The notes beneath the pieces are model-generated. The model saw nothing but the letters and a program-made list of their open reading frames with translations, was not told where the DNA came from and did no database searches. This document shows positions 25,063 through 38,500 of a DNA stretch of 64,000 nt, piece by piece. A program made the position numbers and the translations under genes. The first letter of the stretch is position 1. Every line of letters begins with the position of its first letter. Source of the DNA: Camelus ferus (taxonomy: Eukaryota); assembly GCF_009834535.1 (NCBI RefSeq), contig NC_045696.1, forward strand, positions 118,670,001-118,734,000, written 5' to 3'.

Positions 25063-28000
25063 CGGGCAAGACAGTCAAGATCCCACTTTTTTTTTCAGTG
25101 ACTGAAGCTCACATACAAATACTTGTTTCCAAGTTAGTTTACCTTGAACAAGGGCTTTTCCTAATGTTTTCTAGTTTCACATTTTTTTTTTAAAAGGACT
25201 CCCAACACGAAACAATCAGGAACATATGAAGAGGTAAAAGTGGGTTTCTCACAATAGTTCTCTATTTCTGCAGTTAGTAGTCAATATTCATCATACAGAG
25301 ATACAAACAGGTCTCATCGTTTTGGATAACGAAAGTAATTTTTTGATGCTTGAAGTAGTCAGGCAAATTGGTCAGCCAATAACATTGATTGCTCACACCC
25401 CGCGTACAGGTGATTTGACTGTCTGCTGTGTTACTGAAACGTGCTAGATACTGTTAAGAGCTACAGCCGTCTAGAAGGATGGGAGTGAGCTAGGGAACTA
25501 GGGTTTGTATCAGCAGCTCACGGACAGCCCGTTCACGAAGAAGTCTTTATAACTTTGCTCTGGAACACAGCGGCTGAGTTCAGACGCATTAGGAGAGCAC
25601 ACAGATCAGCAGCTTAAAATGATGATATGAGGATGTGCAATTCCTGCTCTTTTAAATCAGTGAGGAAATACTGTGGGTGCAGTATCGAATCAGGACTTTG
25701 GTACAAGGAAACACACTGTGTAAGGGAGATTTAGTAGGCATGTAAGGACTATATATAATAATGTAAAATTTTACAGAATAAATTACCCCAAACAGGTAAT
25801 TTACAAAGTATTTCTTAAAGTATTTTAAAATTTAAATTATTAAATTATTATCTAAATTAAATTTAATGATTATTTTTTAATTATTTAAAAATGAACTAAA
25901 AAATGATCAATCAGAAAAGTTTGAATTTCTGAAAACTCTGAGGACATCCCTTCTGTTTCCACCTTCGTGCCTGGATAGGAAACGAGAAGAAATGCCCTGG
26001 CAGGGCTGAAGCCCCTGTACCTGTTACAAAGCTGGAAGCAATTATGTTGCAAGGTTACGTAACAGGGAAGAAACAGGGAAGAAAGGGCGTTCTTAGTTAG
26101 CATTTCCTGCCTGAGGTCCTCAGTGGAGTCGCAAGAGTACTGAACCCTGACTAAAGAAAGGAGCTGAGTCAGCGCCTGTCCTTGCCGACAGGGCTCCGCG
26201 GCCTCTCCATCAGAGACAAGACGGGCCCCTCAGGTCAGCTTGCGGGGTTAGTGCCACCCCTGCCTTCCTCCCAACTACTGTGAACTCCACTGACCTGCAG
26301 TCCCCACCCTGTGTTTACACAAAGCAAACATCTGACGTTTGTGCAGGTCCCTCGTTGACTAGTCATCACTGTGTCCTTTATCCCCTGCCTCAACTGCTGA
26401 TAGTTTAGGGTGACAGTCCCTGCCCTCTGGGAAGGGGACTGTCCGTTGACACAGGTACAGCAGCCCTTGCAGGCAGGCTTTTAAGAAGGCTGTTAAGTGG
26501 GGCCTTTACGGTCTTAAAAGGATAAGAAGGTGTGGGAAGACACCCTGAACCAGCTTCTCCTGTGCTGGAAAAGACCAGCCGCTGTGCCCCCGTCCGTCAG
26601 GGGCCAGCACTGAGGGCTGCTCCACGCAGGGCCTGTCGGCACGGGGGACACACAGACCGCGCCAGCTTTCTGTGCAGCCCCTGCTCCTTCCTCTGGGGTG
26701 TCAGGGGCTGGAACGGGGGCTTCCCATCAAGCACGTCTCACTGATGCCCTATACGTAAGAAAAGCCTCCATCCTTCTGCAAATATTTAGTATTTTATTAA
26801 AAATGTCTCTTGTGATGACTATCTGCAAAAATCAATGTTTAGAAGTTTCTAAATTACAGATCTGAGCTGAAAGACATCTATTCTTAAGGAGCATGGCCTG
26901 GTGGGCCCCCGGGGAGACCCCCGGGGCAGGAGAGCAGAGCGAGGCGCGCTCTGGACTCAGGAACAGCAATTCCCACTGGAAATACAGCTTTCAGGTTCCC
27001 AAACAGAAACCAGCCCAGTGAGGATGAGGGAATTAGAAATGGGGCTGTTTGTTCTTTTAGGAACAAGTTCTATTTCCTGTATGTTTCCAGTAACTTCCCA
27101 AGACTACTCCAACCCAGTTTCATCGTAAACGTGTGTATTTTAGACCCAGGCAGTAGTTCACACTGGCTTGAAGTTAGCTGTTTAAGAAAGAGCTGTACTT
27201 TGCTATTAGTCAGCGTCCCACCTACCAGTCTGACTGCAGCTAAAGGGCATCAGGAGAGCCTCAGGTGAAGTGCGGCCTCGCCCTGTTTTCTTTAAAGGCA
27301 AAATGTCACATTTGGAGGCAACTCTTAATGAGGCAGGGAAAGCAAGCAGGATTCCTTGATTCTACACGGATGCTGCCACCCAAGTGAGATAAGAGGTAAC
27401 AGTTCATCCTGGCCAAAGAAATGGAAAGCTTTGTTAAGTTTTAGTAAACTTCATTTGAAAGCCAATTCCAACTGGGTTAAGCAGGCTTTCGGAAAGCATG
27501 ACATGTTACACGATTTCAATCTGCTACATCATTTAACAGCCAAAATATACACTGCGGGCAAAAGCATTGAAGTCTGCAGGCATGAGCATATTACACAAAT
27601 CCAATGAAGAGCTTGAACGTGGACTAAAACTTGGAGGAAACATCCAGAGAGCCGAGAATGACCACGGCTCACGCCCAGTCCTGGCGGGGCCCGCTGTGAC
27701 TGCCTTTTTGCCAAAAGTACTGTCTTTTGAGTCTTGGCTGCTCTGTGCCAAACACCCTATGGTTAGGCTGTCCGACTCCGTGACCCCAAGTGTGTGTTCC
27801 TAGAAGAAAGCTCTGGGTTCTTTTTCTTCTGGAATGTGATCCGAGAAGGAGAGCTGCTCAAATCCCTTTGTGGTCATGAACTTGAGAACCGAGGAAATAA
27901 ACAGCAGGTAATCAAACAGCAGAGAAAGGACAAATGCTGTCCAGACTTGATTTCCACGAGGGTCTAGTTCAGTTCTGCTCCAAGGAGAATGGAAGACATA

Positions 28001-30059
28001 GGCCACGAGAACAAAAAACAAGGCCCAGCCAGGGGTCCACGGTGGACCCTTACAGCCATAATGTTAAATTGTAAAAATCGGTATAACCCAGCAAAAGTAT
28101 ATTATTTGATTTTTATGTAAAGAACTATATTTTGGAAATGTACTGCTTCTTTCCATATCATCTCTCAAAAATTCAAACAGCTCAGGGTTTTTTTTTTATA
28201 AAGGGAGGTGGTTTCACATAATTTCCCAATTATTGTTTCCGAACAGTTTACAACTTAAATACATATATTTTTTTATGTACGAAGCGGATTTTATTTTCAG
28301 CATCATTTTTTAACAATATAACACTTTTTATTGGCTTATAATCATTTTACAGTGTACAACTTAATATTTTAAAAATTGAAGGGCTTAAAGCTTCAGGACA
28401 AAAAAAAAAAAAAAGAAAGGTAATGCTGATAGATGATTACTGTTTTTGAAACCTTAATAAAGAAGTGTAAATTTTCCAAGCTGGTATGTAATTGCGCTAG
28501 CTGAGAACGTGATTACAGCTGCACAGAGTGGAAGGCAGTGAAATCTCCACTCTCATCAAGCTTGCTGCCGCTCGTCACAGATAAACTTAGATGCAAACCG
28601 AAGAGCCATAAAAATAAAACAAAAATTTTAAACTTTATGATACATACACTACTAAGATACGAAAAGAGGCTTCGCTCTGAAGGGGAGGGTGGTTCACGGG
28701 AGCCTTTCCTCTCTCGTTGAAACAAATGCCACTAATTCATGCTAACCAGAAACCAGGTGCCCTTTCCAACATTCTGGATGGGGTTTTCTACACCAGTCTC
28801 AATGATCTGAATCTAAAATACACCACGCAGCACGTGGCTAACCATTTTTAGAAGCAAATATAATTTTAAAAAATACTCATCAGAGATACACACTGATCTT
28901 CAACTTACAAACGTAAAGACTAGTTTTTCAACTGAGAACTCGCTGTGCTCTCCTATAAAGCTCCTGCGTCACAAACGTATCGAGGGCAGAAATATTTGCG
29001 TGTGTGCTGCAGATAAAAACCCCAAATCAAAGGGGCAAATATTTCAAAGGGTGTCCAAAGGAAGATATATTTATAATTTTAATTTATTTCAAATTTCCCA
29101 AATTAGGGACTGTGAGATACTTCCTGGAAGATGGAATTCCGTGTACATATATATAGACAAGTCTATCTGGGACCTCGTTCAAGAGGCCAACTTATCAACT
29201 ATTAAAATCCCTCACAGCTCAACCACCAAGTATGCTGAGAACAAAATATGGGAATCTGATCTTTTTTTCCAAATAACTACATACAGTACTTGTTTAAATG
29301 TAAGGCTTTGTAAGCGATAATGCTCTGTCCCCCAGAACCCCAGGGGTCTGAGGTTTGGGTGGGCCTCCCACATGTGGGCGTGGGCACCCTCGTCTCCATG
29401 GAGACACAGAAATGCCCCCTTACTTTTCACACAGCTCCAGTGGGTGGTCTCCTTTGTTTCTGTGGGGGTTTTTTTTTTTGTTTTTTTTTTTTTGGCCTTC
29501 TTCCCAAATAATCTTGGCATTAACAGAGCTGAATTATTTTAAGATGGATTTTTAACTGTTAAGTCCTATTTCCCATGAGATGGAATCGATAAACCAGGTC
29601 CCTTAAATATATCCATGAAACCCAGATGGATGACAGGGTCCCAGAGAGGCTGGTCCCCAGCGGCACGCACCGTCAAGGGACTACGTGAAGGCGATGTCCC
29701 TCCCCACCAGCACCTCCCCCTGAGGAAACGTAGGTGAGGTGGTTGCATCATTCCGAGTCCTTTTGTGGGATCTAGTTACCAGGCCACCATTCGAAACACA
29801 GGGCCACGTGACTCGCTTGGGGCGGGGTCACACAAGGAATGAACAGCAGACCCTCCGCATTTCATCTCGCTGAGAAATCAAAGGGCCATCTTCACCCCAA
29901 GGACCCTCCAAGATCAGCCTCTCACGCCAAGGACACTTGTGTCTGGACGGCCACCCCTAAGTCAGTTCTGTCCCCTCTGCCAGACTGTCTGGATCGCCGG
30001 ACACACGTGGCCCTGGTGACCTCACCCTGTGCACCTCTCCCTTTATACTTACACCTCTG

Positions 30060-30640
30060 CTTATTTTAAATTTTGAACATATAACATAGCAACACGGCTC
30101 AATGACTTAGAAAGTGCACACTGGTGTACGGAGAACGACCTTCGCCTCCCCGTCTCCCAGCCTCCTCGCCTCCCTCCCTGCGGACCAGAGCCGCTCTTCC
30201 CTGTTGGGTACCCTTCCTGCACACAGGGCTCTATTCTCCCACCTCGCCTTTTAAAACAAATATTAGCAAACAGCACACGCTGTTTGCCTTGCCTTTTAAA
30301 ACTATGTGTGTGTGTATATACATGCTTATTTACCTTATGTAGGCTGTGTGTGTGTGTGTGCACAGGTGAATATATACATACATATATATTTCTTTATTTT
30401 TTAAGTGGCAACATAATATTCCATCATATGCATCAATCATAAAGTATTTAACAAGGACCCTCCTACTGAACATTTAGGTGGTTCTTTGAGTTAAAAAGAA
30501 AACTCTGCACATATGTACTTCCCCAAATATGTGTTCGTATGTGTAGAATAAACTGAAAAAAAAAATGGAAGTGTTGGTTCAAAGTATATAACTTGCAGTT
30601 CTGAAATTTGCTGCCATGTGACCTGCCCTGGGTGTGGGCC
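30060..30640 (-). mobile_element. Old L1ME-like fragment
   Basis: ataatattccatcatatgcat...tactgaacatttaggtggttc resembles the antisense L1ME 3' region. Confidence 0.5.
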
Positions 30641-30849
30641 TAACAATGGGACAGTTACCAGTTTCCCCTGTACTCTCACCAACCTGTCACGACCTGTGTG
30701 GGATAGAACTTTGGGGTCCTCGATACAAACATCTGGATCTGATGCATGAAGAAGGCATCTCCTGGAAACACCTCATTCAGGGGACCTCCGGAAGGTCCCC
30801 GTGTTCTCCGACCTGCTGGCTGCCCCTGAACCTCCTGTGCCTCCATCTC

Positions 30850-31690
30850 CCCAACATCTAAACGTTGGGGGAACCAGGGCTCCATCTTCTCTGTCCAAAG
30901 TCACTTCCCAGATGGTCTCGGTCTCCCAGCTTGAGAGACCAGCTTGGTGCTCACGGCTTCCAAATTCCTCCAGCCCAGATCTCTCCTCGAACTTCTGACT
31001 GGGAAGTCAACTAGGCACATCAACCTTAACACATCCGAATCCAAACCTCGGCTCTGCCCTCTTGAGCCCTCTCCCCAGCAGTCCTCCTCCTCTCAGTATA
31101 CAGAATCTTACCGTCCTGCCCTCTTTCTTTCCTCCCACCCCAAGTCCAATCCATGAATAAATCCTGTTAGCCTGACCTTCCGCCTTGCCACACGCCATCC
31201 GCCGGGGATGAAGCCACCGTCTCCGACTGGGCTGGATTATTGCAAAAGCCTACTGAAGGTCTCCCGGCATCGGCTTTTGCCACCACCCCCGTCCCTGGCT
31301 GGGTGACACAGCCTCCTCCGCTCAGACCCTCAGTAGTGCTCCCGTCTCTCAGGACAGAGGTAGCATCCTCACAGCACACAGCAGCCCGCCCCACGCGAAC
31401 TGCCTGCCCCCCCCCGCCCCCCCCCAGCACGCCCCCCTCGCCGCCCCCCGCCCTGGCACCGCGGCCACGCTGGACAGCCCCCCCGCGCACTCCCTGTCCC
31501 CCACTCTCTGCCCCACAGTCTCCAGAACACTCAGCACTGTCAGACACCATTAGTGTTGTATGTACTTGCTTTTTCGCTTACTTTCTGGCTCCCACCACTC
31601 GACTGTCAGCTTTGAGACGCCAGGGATTAGACTCCGTGCTCAGAACTGCCCCTTCGCCTGGAGCAGGTCTGCATGGTTCATGGATGAGGC
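30850..31690 (+). mobile_element. L2 3' region, unusually GC/CpG-rich
   Basis: L2 hallmarks ccagcccagatctctcctcgaacttc, ctggattattgcaaaagcctactgaaggtctccc, cccaccactcgactgtcagctttgagacgccaggg. Confidence 0.7.
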
Positions 31691-32364
31691 CGAACGTCTC
31701 TTCCTTTTATCTGAGAGTCTCCTGAATCCCCCTTACTGTGGATGGGCTTCCTATTCTTTGCAAAACACACAAACACCGGGGGTGGCTGGCCTCGTCCTGA
31801 ATGATGTTCGGAGCTCCTCCTGCAGGAGGGATGTGAGCCCTTTCTGATACATACTTGCTAACATTTTTCTCGGTTGCTGGTTTTTGCTGCAACTTGGCTT
31901 CTGATCCCCTTTGCCACACAGAATTCTGTTCCCGCATGTCGGGGTGTTTTGTCTGTCTGTTTGAACGTTCTGTTCAAGCTCTGGGTTTGTGTTGTTTTCC
32001 CTCCTGTCTCCCCAGCCTCCTCTGTGGTTCCGGCCGGTGTCACGGCGGCTGCTGGCCTGGGCCCGGCTGCTCTGCGTGCGCTCCTCCCCCGGCCTGGGAT
32101 TCCCATCCCCACCTGCCCGGCTCCAGACCAACCACCTCCCTGACTCCGCTGCACTTCTGAACCCTGGTTCCATGCGGACCTGCGATGAGTCAGTCCTGGG
32201 ATGTGCTGTCAGGGCTGCACAGCCACGCCCTCTATCCGGGGGACCAAGGACCCTGTGGGGGAGGATTTCCTCCTGTGCTTCTCCTGCTCTCTCTCACCCT
32301 GGAGCCCCCACAGCAGGGAAGAGAAGCCCCCAGCCTCTGTCAGACTGATAAGCGCCTCTACACT

Positions 32365-32600
32365 CAATTCAATTCAACAACTGTTTCCGGAGCGCCAGCT
32401 CTGTGCCAGGCACTGTTCCTGGCGCTGGGACACATTTTGGATGAACAAAGCTCCTGGTCCTCGAGAGTTTACATTCCAGTTGGAAGAAGACACACAATAA
32501 GCAATGAACATAAGCAAATTACCTGGTAGCCTAGAAGGGAAGGGTTGCTATAGAAAAAAGATAACATAGAGCAGGGCAGGGCTCAGATGTGCCGGGAAGA
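32365..32600 (-). mobile_element. L2 3'-end fragment
   Basis: attcaattcaacaac...ctctgtgccaggcactgttcctggcgctggga. Confidence 0.75.
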
Positions 32601-32814
32601 TTTGAAGCTTTAAGGTTGAGTCAAACACCGGGTTCTGAATTACAGACTTATACTCACATCACAGGATTTTCTGTATTTCCTCCCAAACGTTTCTTCATTA
32701 AAGATCACAGCCATTCAACACATCCATCTGGACGACACCAATTCTATCTGTAGACCCGACTCCATCCCAAGCTTCACTTCCTTCCACTTGGCCACCTGCT
32801 GGGTCACACGTTGT

Positions 32815-33142
32815 AATCCTAACGACAGTTCACACGCTGCAGTCCTGCTGCCTGAGGTGACGGTGCTGGGGTGGGGCCTCTGGTGGGGGCTGAGATTCTG
32901 AGTATAGGGCCCATATGAATGGGGTTAGTGCTCTCACAGAAGAGACCCCAGAGAGCCCCCTGCCCCCCACCCTGCCATGTGAGGACACAGCGAGGAGATG
33001 GCAGCTACGACCTCACAGCCACATCAAATCTGCACCTGCCCTTGGACTTCTCGGCCTCTAGAGCGGTGAGGGGTAAGTCTCTGTTGTTTGTAAGCCACCC
33101 GGTCTGTGATACGTTGTCCCAGGAGCCCAACTGGACCAAGAC
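32815..33142 (+). mobile_element. MLT1A-like ERVL-MaLR solo LTR
   Basis: atgaatggggttagtgctctc...gccatgtgaggacacagcgagg...ttggacttctcggcctctagagcggtgag...tgttgtttgtaagccacccggtctgtgata. Confidence 0.8.
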
Positions 33143-34759
33143 CACCACCAACTGTGATCTCGTGCCCACCAGACCTGAGCCAGACCTTCACCGTCACCTC
33201 TATCCCAACAGCTCAGGCACCCATACTCCAGGGCCTGGCAAGTAGTCCTGGAGCACGGAGGGCAGCGGGGAGGGGTGGGCAGTCAGGGAGTCCCCGAGCC
33301 TGTCCCAAACTATTTCGTGACCCCACCGCCCACAGCAGTTTCCAAAAAGTGTTCAAGACACTGACAGAACTTGGAACAAGGGCTCTATAACCAAATATGT
33401 TGGGTTTGGGAATTGCTGAGTTAAGCGGGGGGACGTTTAGCACGTGATGTATGAGCCTCTCCAGACGGGACCAGGTTGTGTTGCAAAGATGTGGTGAGGA
33501 AACCCTTTGCTCAAGGGGCATGACCAGTGCTCCTCAGACCAGGCTTTGGGCAATGCTGGTCTAAGAAATCAACCCCCAACACTTTACCCTTGAACGAAAA
33601 GGCTCCCATCACTTAATCCAATCTACACGTCCAACCCTAATTTCTGCCGCTTCCTGAAGCAGACACTTCATGTGCACTTGATGACGCAGCCTCCGACCCT
33701 GCGGCCACCGGAGAAGCCCGTCCCTGCACCTGCTCACCAGGTTCCAGCCCTCAAGCCCCCGGTTCCAGCCCCACCCCCTTCCCTGCCAACGAAACCCTCT
33801 GGTTGCTCCGTCCCTCAAACTCCACTTACACCTGTTATCTGCACCCCTGGCTTGGCTGCGTTTTATGACTTTCAATGATTTAGAGACCGTCCATCGTTTT
33901 GTGCATTTCTAATAAGTACTCAGTGCACCGACCGGTCACCGAGCACGACTGCGTTAACATGTGTAATGATGTGTTTATGACTTGGCACTGACTGGCCTCT
34001 CAGGAAAGAATAACAGGTCCAGGAAAGTTGCTTTCCATTCCTTATTCTTAGAAACAGGCTCACCTCTAAATATTGTTAACACACTCTGAGAACGCGTGTG
34101 TTCACTTTCCCGACTACAGCTCCTTATTTATATCATATTATGATTTGTAGACCGTGGAATTTGAAAGGCGGAAAAGCCTTAAGATCATCCAGGCTGTTTA
34201 CTTAACTTTAGATCCAAGGATATCTCTCAGGTTTTATATACAGATTTGCCTGAGGAAGATGATTTACTTTAATGTCAACTTTACTTGAACTGTGGTTCTC
34301 CTGGGCTGTAATAAACAAGTATAACAGATTAATAACAAAAAAGATTTCTATGGGAATGCCAGAGCTGAAGGACGCCTGACCCTTCCCCAAGCAGAAAGTC
34401 TGTGGAGAGGCTGAGGGTTGCTATTTAAGTGAAATGTGATGCTTTCAGAGACCCTCTGGGTTTACAGAGGAAGGGGGAGGAAGAGACAAGGCACAAGAAA
34501 GCACAGCTTTGGGACCTGCTCACAGGACAGGTAAAACATCCCCTCTACCTACCCTTCACGCCACGCCCGGCACTGGGAAGCCTCCCCAGTGAAAGCCATG
34601 CGGGGAGGAAGGAACAGCCCCCAAGGAAGACGGCGCGGCCGCCAGTCAGTGTGCAGGCAAGTGCACATTTGCTCTGAGCAGCCGTCCTTGGAGAGGCAGG
34701 GGACGGGGCTCAGAGGTGAGCATGAACCCAGGAGGGGGCCTGCTCTGCTCCGCCCTCCA

Positions 34760-34910
34760 AAGAGAGGTCCTCAAAACCTGACCTGCTCATTCAAATGCAA
34801 ATTCCCAGCCCCAGCCCCAAAGATTCCACATTGTGGGCGTGATGTAAAGAGACTGCACTTTAAACAGGCATCCCCGGGAGATCCGACCACCCAGTTATGG
34901 GGGCCCTTAA
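34760..34910. mobile_element. MER5-like remnant
   Basis: aaatgcaaattcccagccccagcccc...ctgcactttaaacaggcatccccgggagat. Confidence 0.55.
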
Positions 34911-35424
34911 AGCAGGGCAGGACGGCGGGTCCTCTCAGTGTGGGGTGTGGTGAGGCGGCGGGCTCCTGGGTACTGGGTACTTGTGCACCAGCTTCCCCCT
35001 GAGTTGGCCGAGCGGCCACATTTGTGCTTGTTCCCTGCGCCCTCCTGCATCATGCATGACGGCTCCTCTGGGGGGAAGAGGAGAGGGGGAGGGGGCAGGC
35101 TGGCCAGCTGCTGCCGCCCCTGCTACTTCTTGCCTTCGCTCGTTGTTGGTTAATTACAGTGCCTGGGGGAGCATCTGGTGATTCTTTAAGAAGAGGAGGA
35201 AAGATGGTGAGGGCTCCAAAGGAGTTGAGGGTTCATGTGTCTCACTCTTCACCTTCAAAGCCAGGAGGTAACTTTGCCCCTCGACCCCCATGCTGACAGG
35301 CTGCAATTCACACGTGCCAAGGATTGCGAGGGATTGCCTAGGGTGACTGTTTGACCTCCTACTATGAGTGACTGTCATCAAAAGACTCCAAAACTGCTGG
35401 TAGGCAACTGATTGAAGGTCATTG

Positions 35425-35570
35425 CATCTTAGAGCCCACGAGACCACCTGGGAATCACACTTCAATGCCACTTAGGAGGCGGAAAATGAGGCAGAGAGGA
35501 GTCAAGTGACCAACCTAATGCCACACAGCGGGACGTGGTACAGAGGGCACAGGAACACGGTCTCTGGGAC
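35425..35570 (-). mobile_element. MIR fragment
   Basis: ggaaaatgaggcagagaggagtcaagtgacc...ccacacagc. Confidence 0.55.
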
Positions 35571-38500
35571 CCCAGGGAAGAACCTCTTACTTCTGTAAAT
35601 TGGAGCTGAGAAGCATCTTGACATGAACGAAAACACATGTTATAGGCGCCCCGGCTTCCTTGTGTGAACATTTTTAAACAGAACACCTGTGAAGTGCTTT
35701 CAGGAAGAATCTTCCAGATGATCTTATGTGTGCTGTGCTGGGTAAGAAACAAGGTGAGCAGACCCCATGATGGTGGTGACAGGGGTTAACCTATTTGGAA
35801 ATCTCGGCTCCTGAGAACACACCGAGATCCAAGGGGCTTGCAAAACAATGATGGTCTCTGAGCAATCAAATCCTGGTAACGGTCACAGTCACGGTCACGG
35901 CGGGCTGCCTGCCCGCATCCCGCCTGCTCTCCCCACACGGGCGGGTGGGCGGGCGTCTAAGACAAATCTATCAGGCTCCATCACAGGGGAGAGGCCAAGC
36001 ACCTGCCTGGCGGATGAGAAGCAGCAAATCCGAAAGACAACAAAAAGGGCAGCATGCAGAGACAGGCGGGAACGCCGTACAAGTGGCAGGATGTGAACGC
36101 TCAAGGGAAGGAGACGGGATTATTAACCCTGGGAATAGCTCTGAACAGGCACAGCTGGAAGCCGCCAGAGCGCAGGTTACAGGGCCCCCAAAACTTCAGG
36201 CTCCCGGGGGCACAGCCAGGTTATCCACAGCCCATCATAGATGCTTCTCAAAAGGACCCGAGTCATCAAAATCTCAAATCACTCTCGGTAAAGCCAAAGT
36301 CGAGAAAAGCAGGGATGCGGAGCGTCCCGTATAGAAGAATTTCCATTAAACGGATTAAAACGAAGGGTGATTAAAGCTTTCGTTATTTTGAAAGCTGCCT
36401 TCCATCCCACTTTACTCAGTACACGCAGCCCTGCTGTGCGAGGACCCCACAGAGCTTCTATTCCAGCAGCGGCTGGGGAGGGGGCTGGGTTTTCTTTCAC
36501 TTAGAGCTTGGTGTCCCCTTCTCCTAAGAGACATTCCCAAAGAGCAGGGAACATGTTCTCCTGCTGGGAGAGGGGCCAGCCCCCGAGCCCCCGTCCCTCA
36601 CCACCTCTGGGCGGGGCCCACCCAGAAAGCAAGGGGTGGGGGTGGCGGCGTCCTGGGCAGTAACCACCTGACTCACCAAGTGTCCCCGAGCCTGGTGGGT
36701 GTGGCCACATCTCCTCCAGGCTCACCCGCAGTCGCGGACTCCTGCCGCAGCTCCCATCCCTGTCCCTCCATCCCTTCCTTCTTTTTTCTTACATTTAGTA
36801 AATTAACTTAAATTTAAATTTAGTGCTGACTGAATTTTTACTAGAAGTATGCATGCACATAAAGAGCCCATCAGTTGTCACCGATCCCCCTTCTCCAGAA
36901 GCAGTTACTCAACCCTTTTAGCTGAGTTTTTTGCTTCCTTTTTTAGCATTTGTGTCTGTATTTCTAAGTAACACACATCTATTGTTTAGTTAGATTTTTG
37001 TTTCAAGCATCCCCCATATAAAGGAGGAGAATTTTGCTCACTTTAACCTCCCCACTGTCAGGACATGGGGAGTGTCTTGGCCACCTGGGGTCTAACTGCT
37101 TCTGAATCCAGCTTTTGGTCAGTTCTCCTCTTTTATATGCCCACCATTACCCCTACTCCCTGAGGCACCTGGTGCCACCAAGCCCTGAGCTGGGGGCGGT
37201 GGTCTCCACCTACCTGCCTGTCACCCCTCCCCCAGCCCTGCCCTCTGCCAGCTTCAGGCCCAGCTTGCTCAAGTCAGCTAAGTTGATTCTCCCTCCATCA
37301 GCTGTCTCTCGGTTTTCAAAATGTTGTTGTCCCCATTTTCTTTGTTTTTCTAAGTTTAAAAAAAACCCACCCCTACTGTCATTTTAATGAGGCTCAGGAG
37401 GGAGTGGAGATTAAATGCATGTGTTAATTCTTGGACAGGAACTAGGTCATTGATTTCTTGTTTTCCTTTCTAGAAAACAAATGATTTTCCACTTAAATCC
37501 ACCCAATAAAAACATCCAGTCACTGAAGCAAAGCGGTCGGTCTGGTTTTATGAAACAGACCGGTTTGGGGACTTTTTAAGGAAATCAACATTCAAACATA
37601 GGCTGTCATTTTTCGGCCATTGAAAGAGAAGAGAGAGAGAGATGTCAGAAAGTGGACAAGACGTTTCCCCTGCAAGAATCTGGCAAATCTTTTATCAGCT
37701 TCTATAAACTAGCTTAAAGGAAACTGTGAACTTTTACGGTGCTTCTCCCCCGGGAGACTCCGGTCCTGCCCCCTACGTGTGTTCCTTACGCATCACCCAC
37801 TGGGCTGTTTCCTGGAAGAGCAGCACTTGTGAGGTCCAGGGGGACACGTGCTCGTGAGTTAACCCGGACCGCTCCTGCACGGCCCTGCCACCTGTCACTT
37901 CTCTGTGCTCCTCACTCCCCACATCCCTCCTGCACGAGTGACACATTTACCGTCCCTGTCTCAGGTACCACCACCCTCTTGCTCTGGCTCCTCCTCCATG
38001 CCCGCACCCCCGCCCCTAGAGCTGACCTTCCCCCTCATCCACCTTCTCAAAGGAAAAGATTTTCCCCCCCAGAATCCCTCTAAATGCCCGGCCACCTGTA
38101 TTATCTCAGAATTGGGGTCCTGCCCCCTCTCTAAGGTCCGGTGTTTCCCGACCGCACTTGAGATGCCCGCCCTCCTCCCTTCCCTTCCTCTATTTGGGTC
38201 TCATCTTTTAACGCCTTCCTTTTACTGGCTCTTTCATAATCCTAGAACCATGGTTTTTTCCTTTAGGATTTCCCTTTAATCCTCCAACCTTCTGAGCCGC
38301 CTTATTCTTTTCCTGAAAGACTGGGCCATGCAGGCCGCCGCCACTGCCCACGGTCTGCTTGTTCCACTGCCCTGCCCTCTCCAGGCCCCTCTGGGTCCCG
38401 GTCCCTGTGGGTCGCTGCCTGCTGGGCCTGCAGGCTCCTGGCCTACCTCACGGGTCCTTACTTTGCAGTGTCCCCCACTATCCCCGCCCTCACTCCCTCT

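Noticed and set aside
31240..31725. 161-aa proline-rich ORF
   Set aside because: Lies in a GC-rich L2 remnant, starts at a non-ATG codon, is low complexity and has no splice or domain support.
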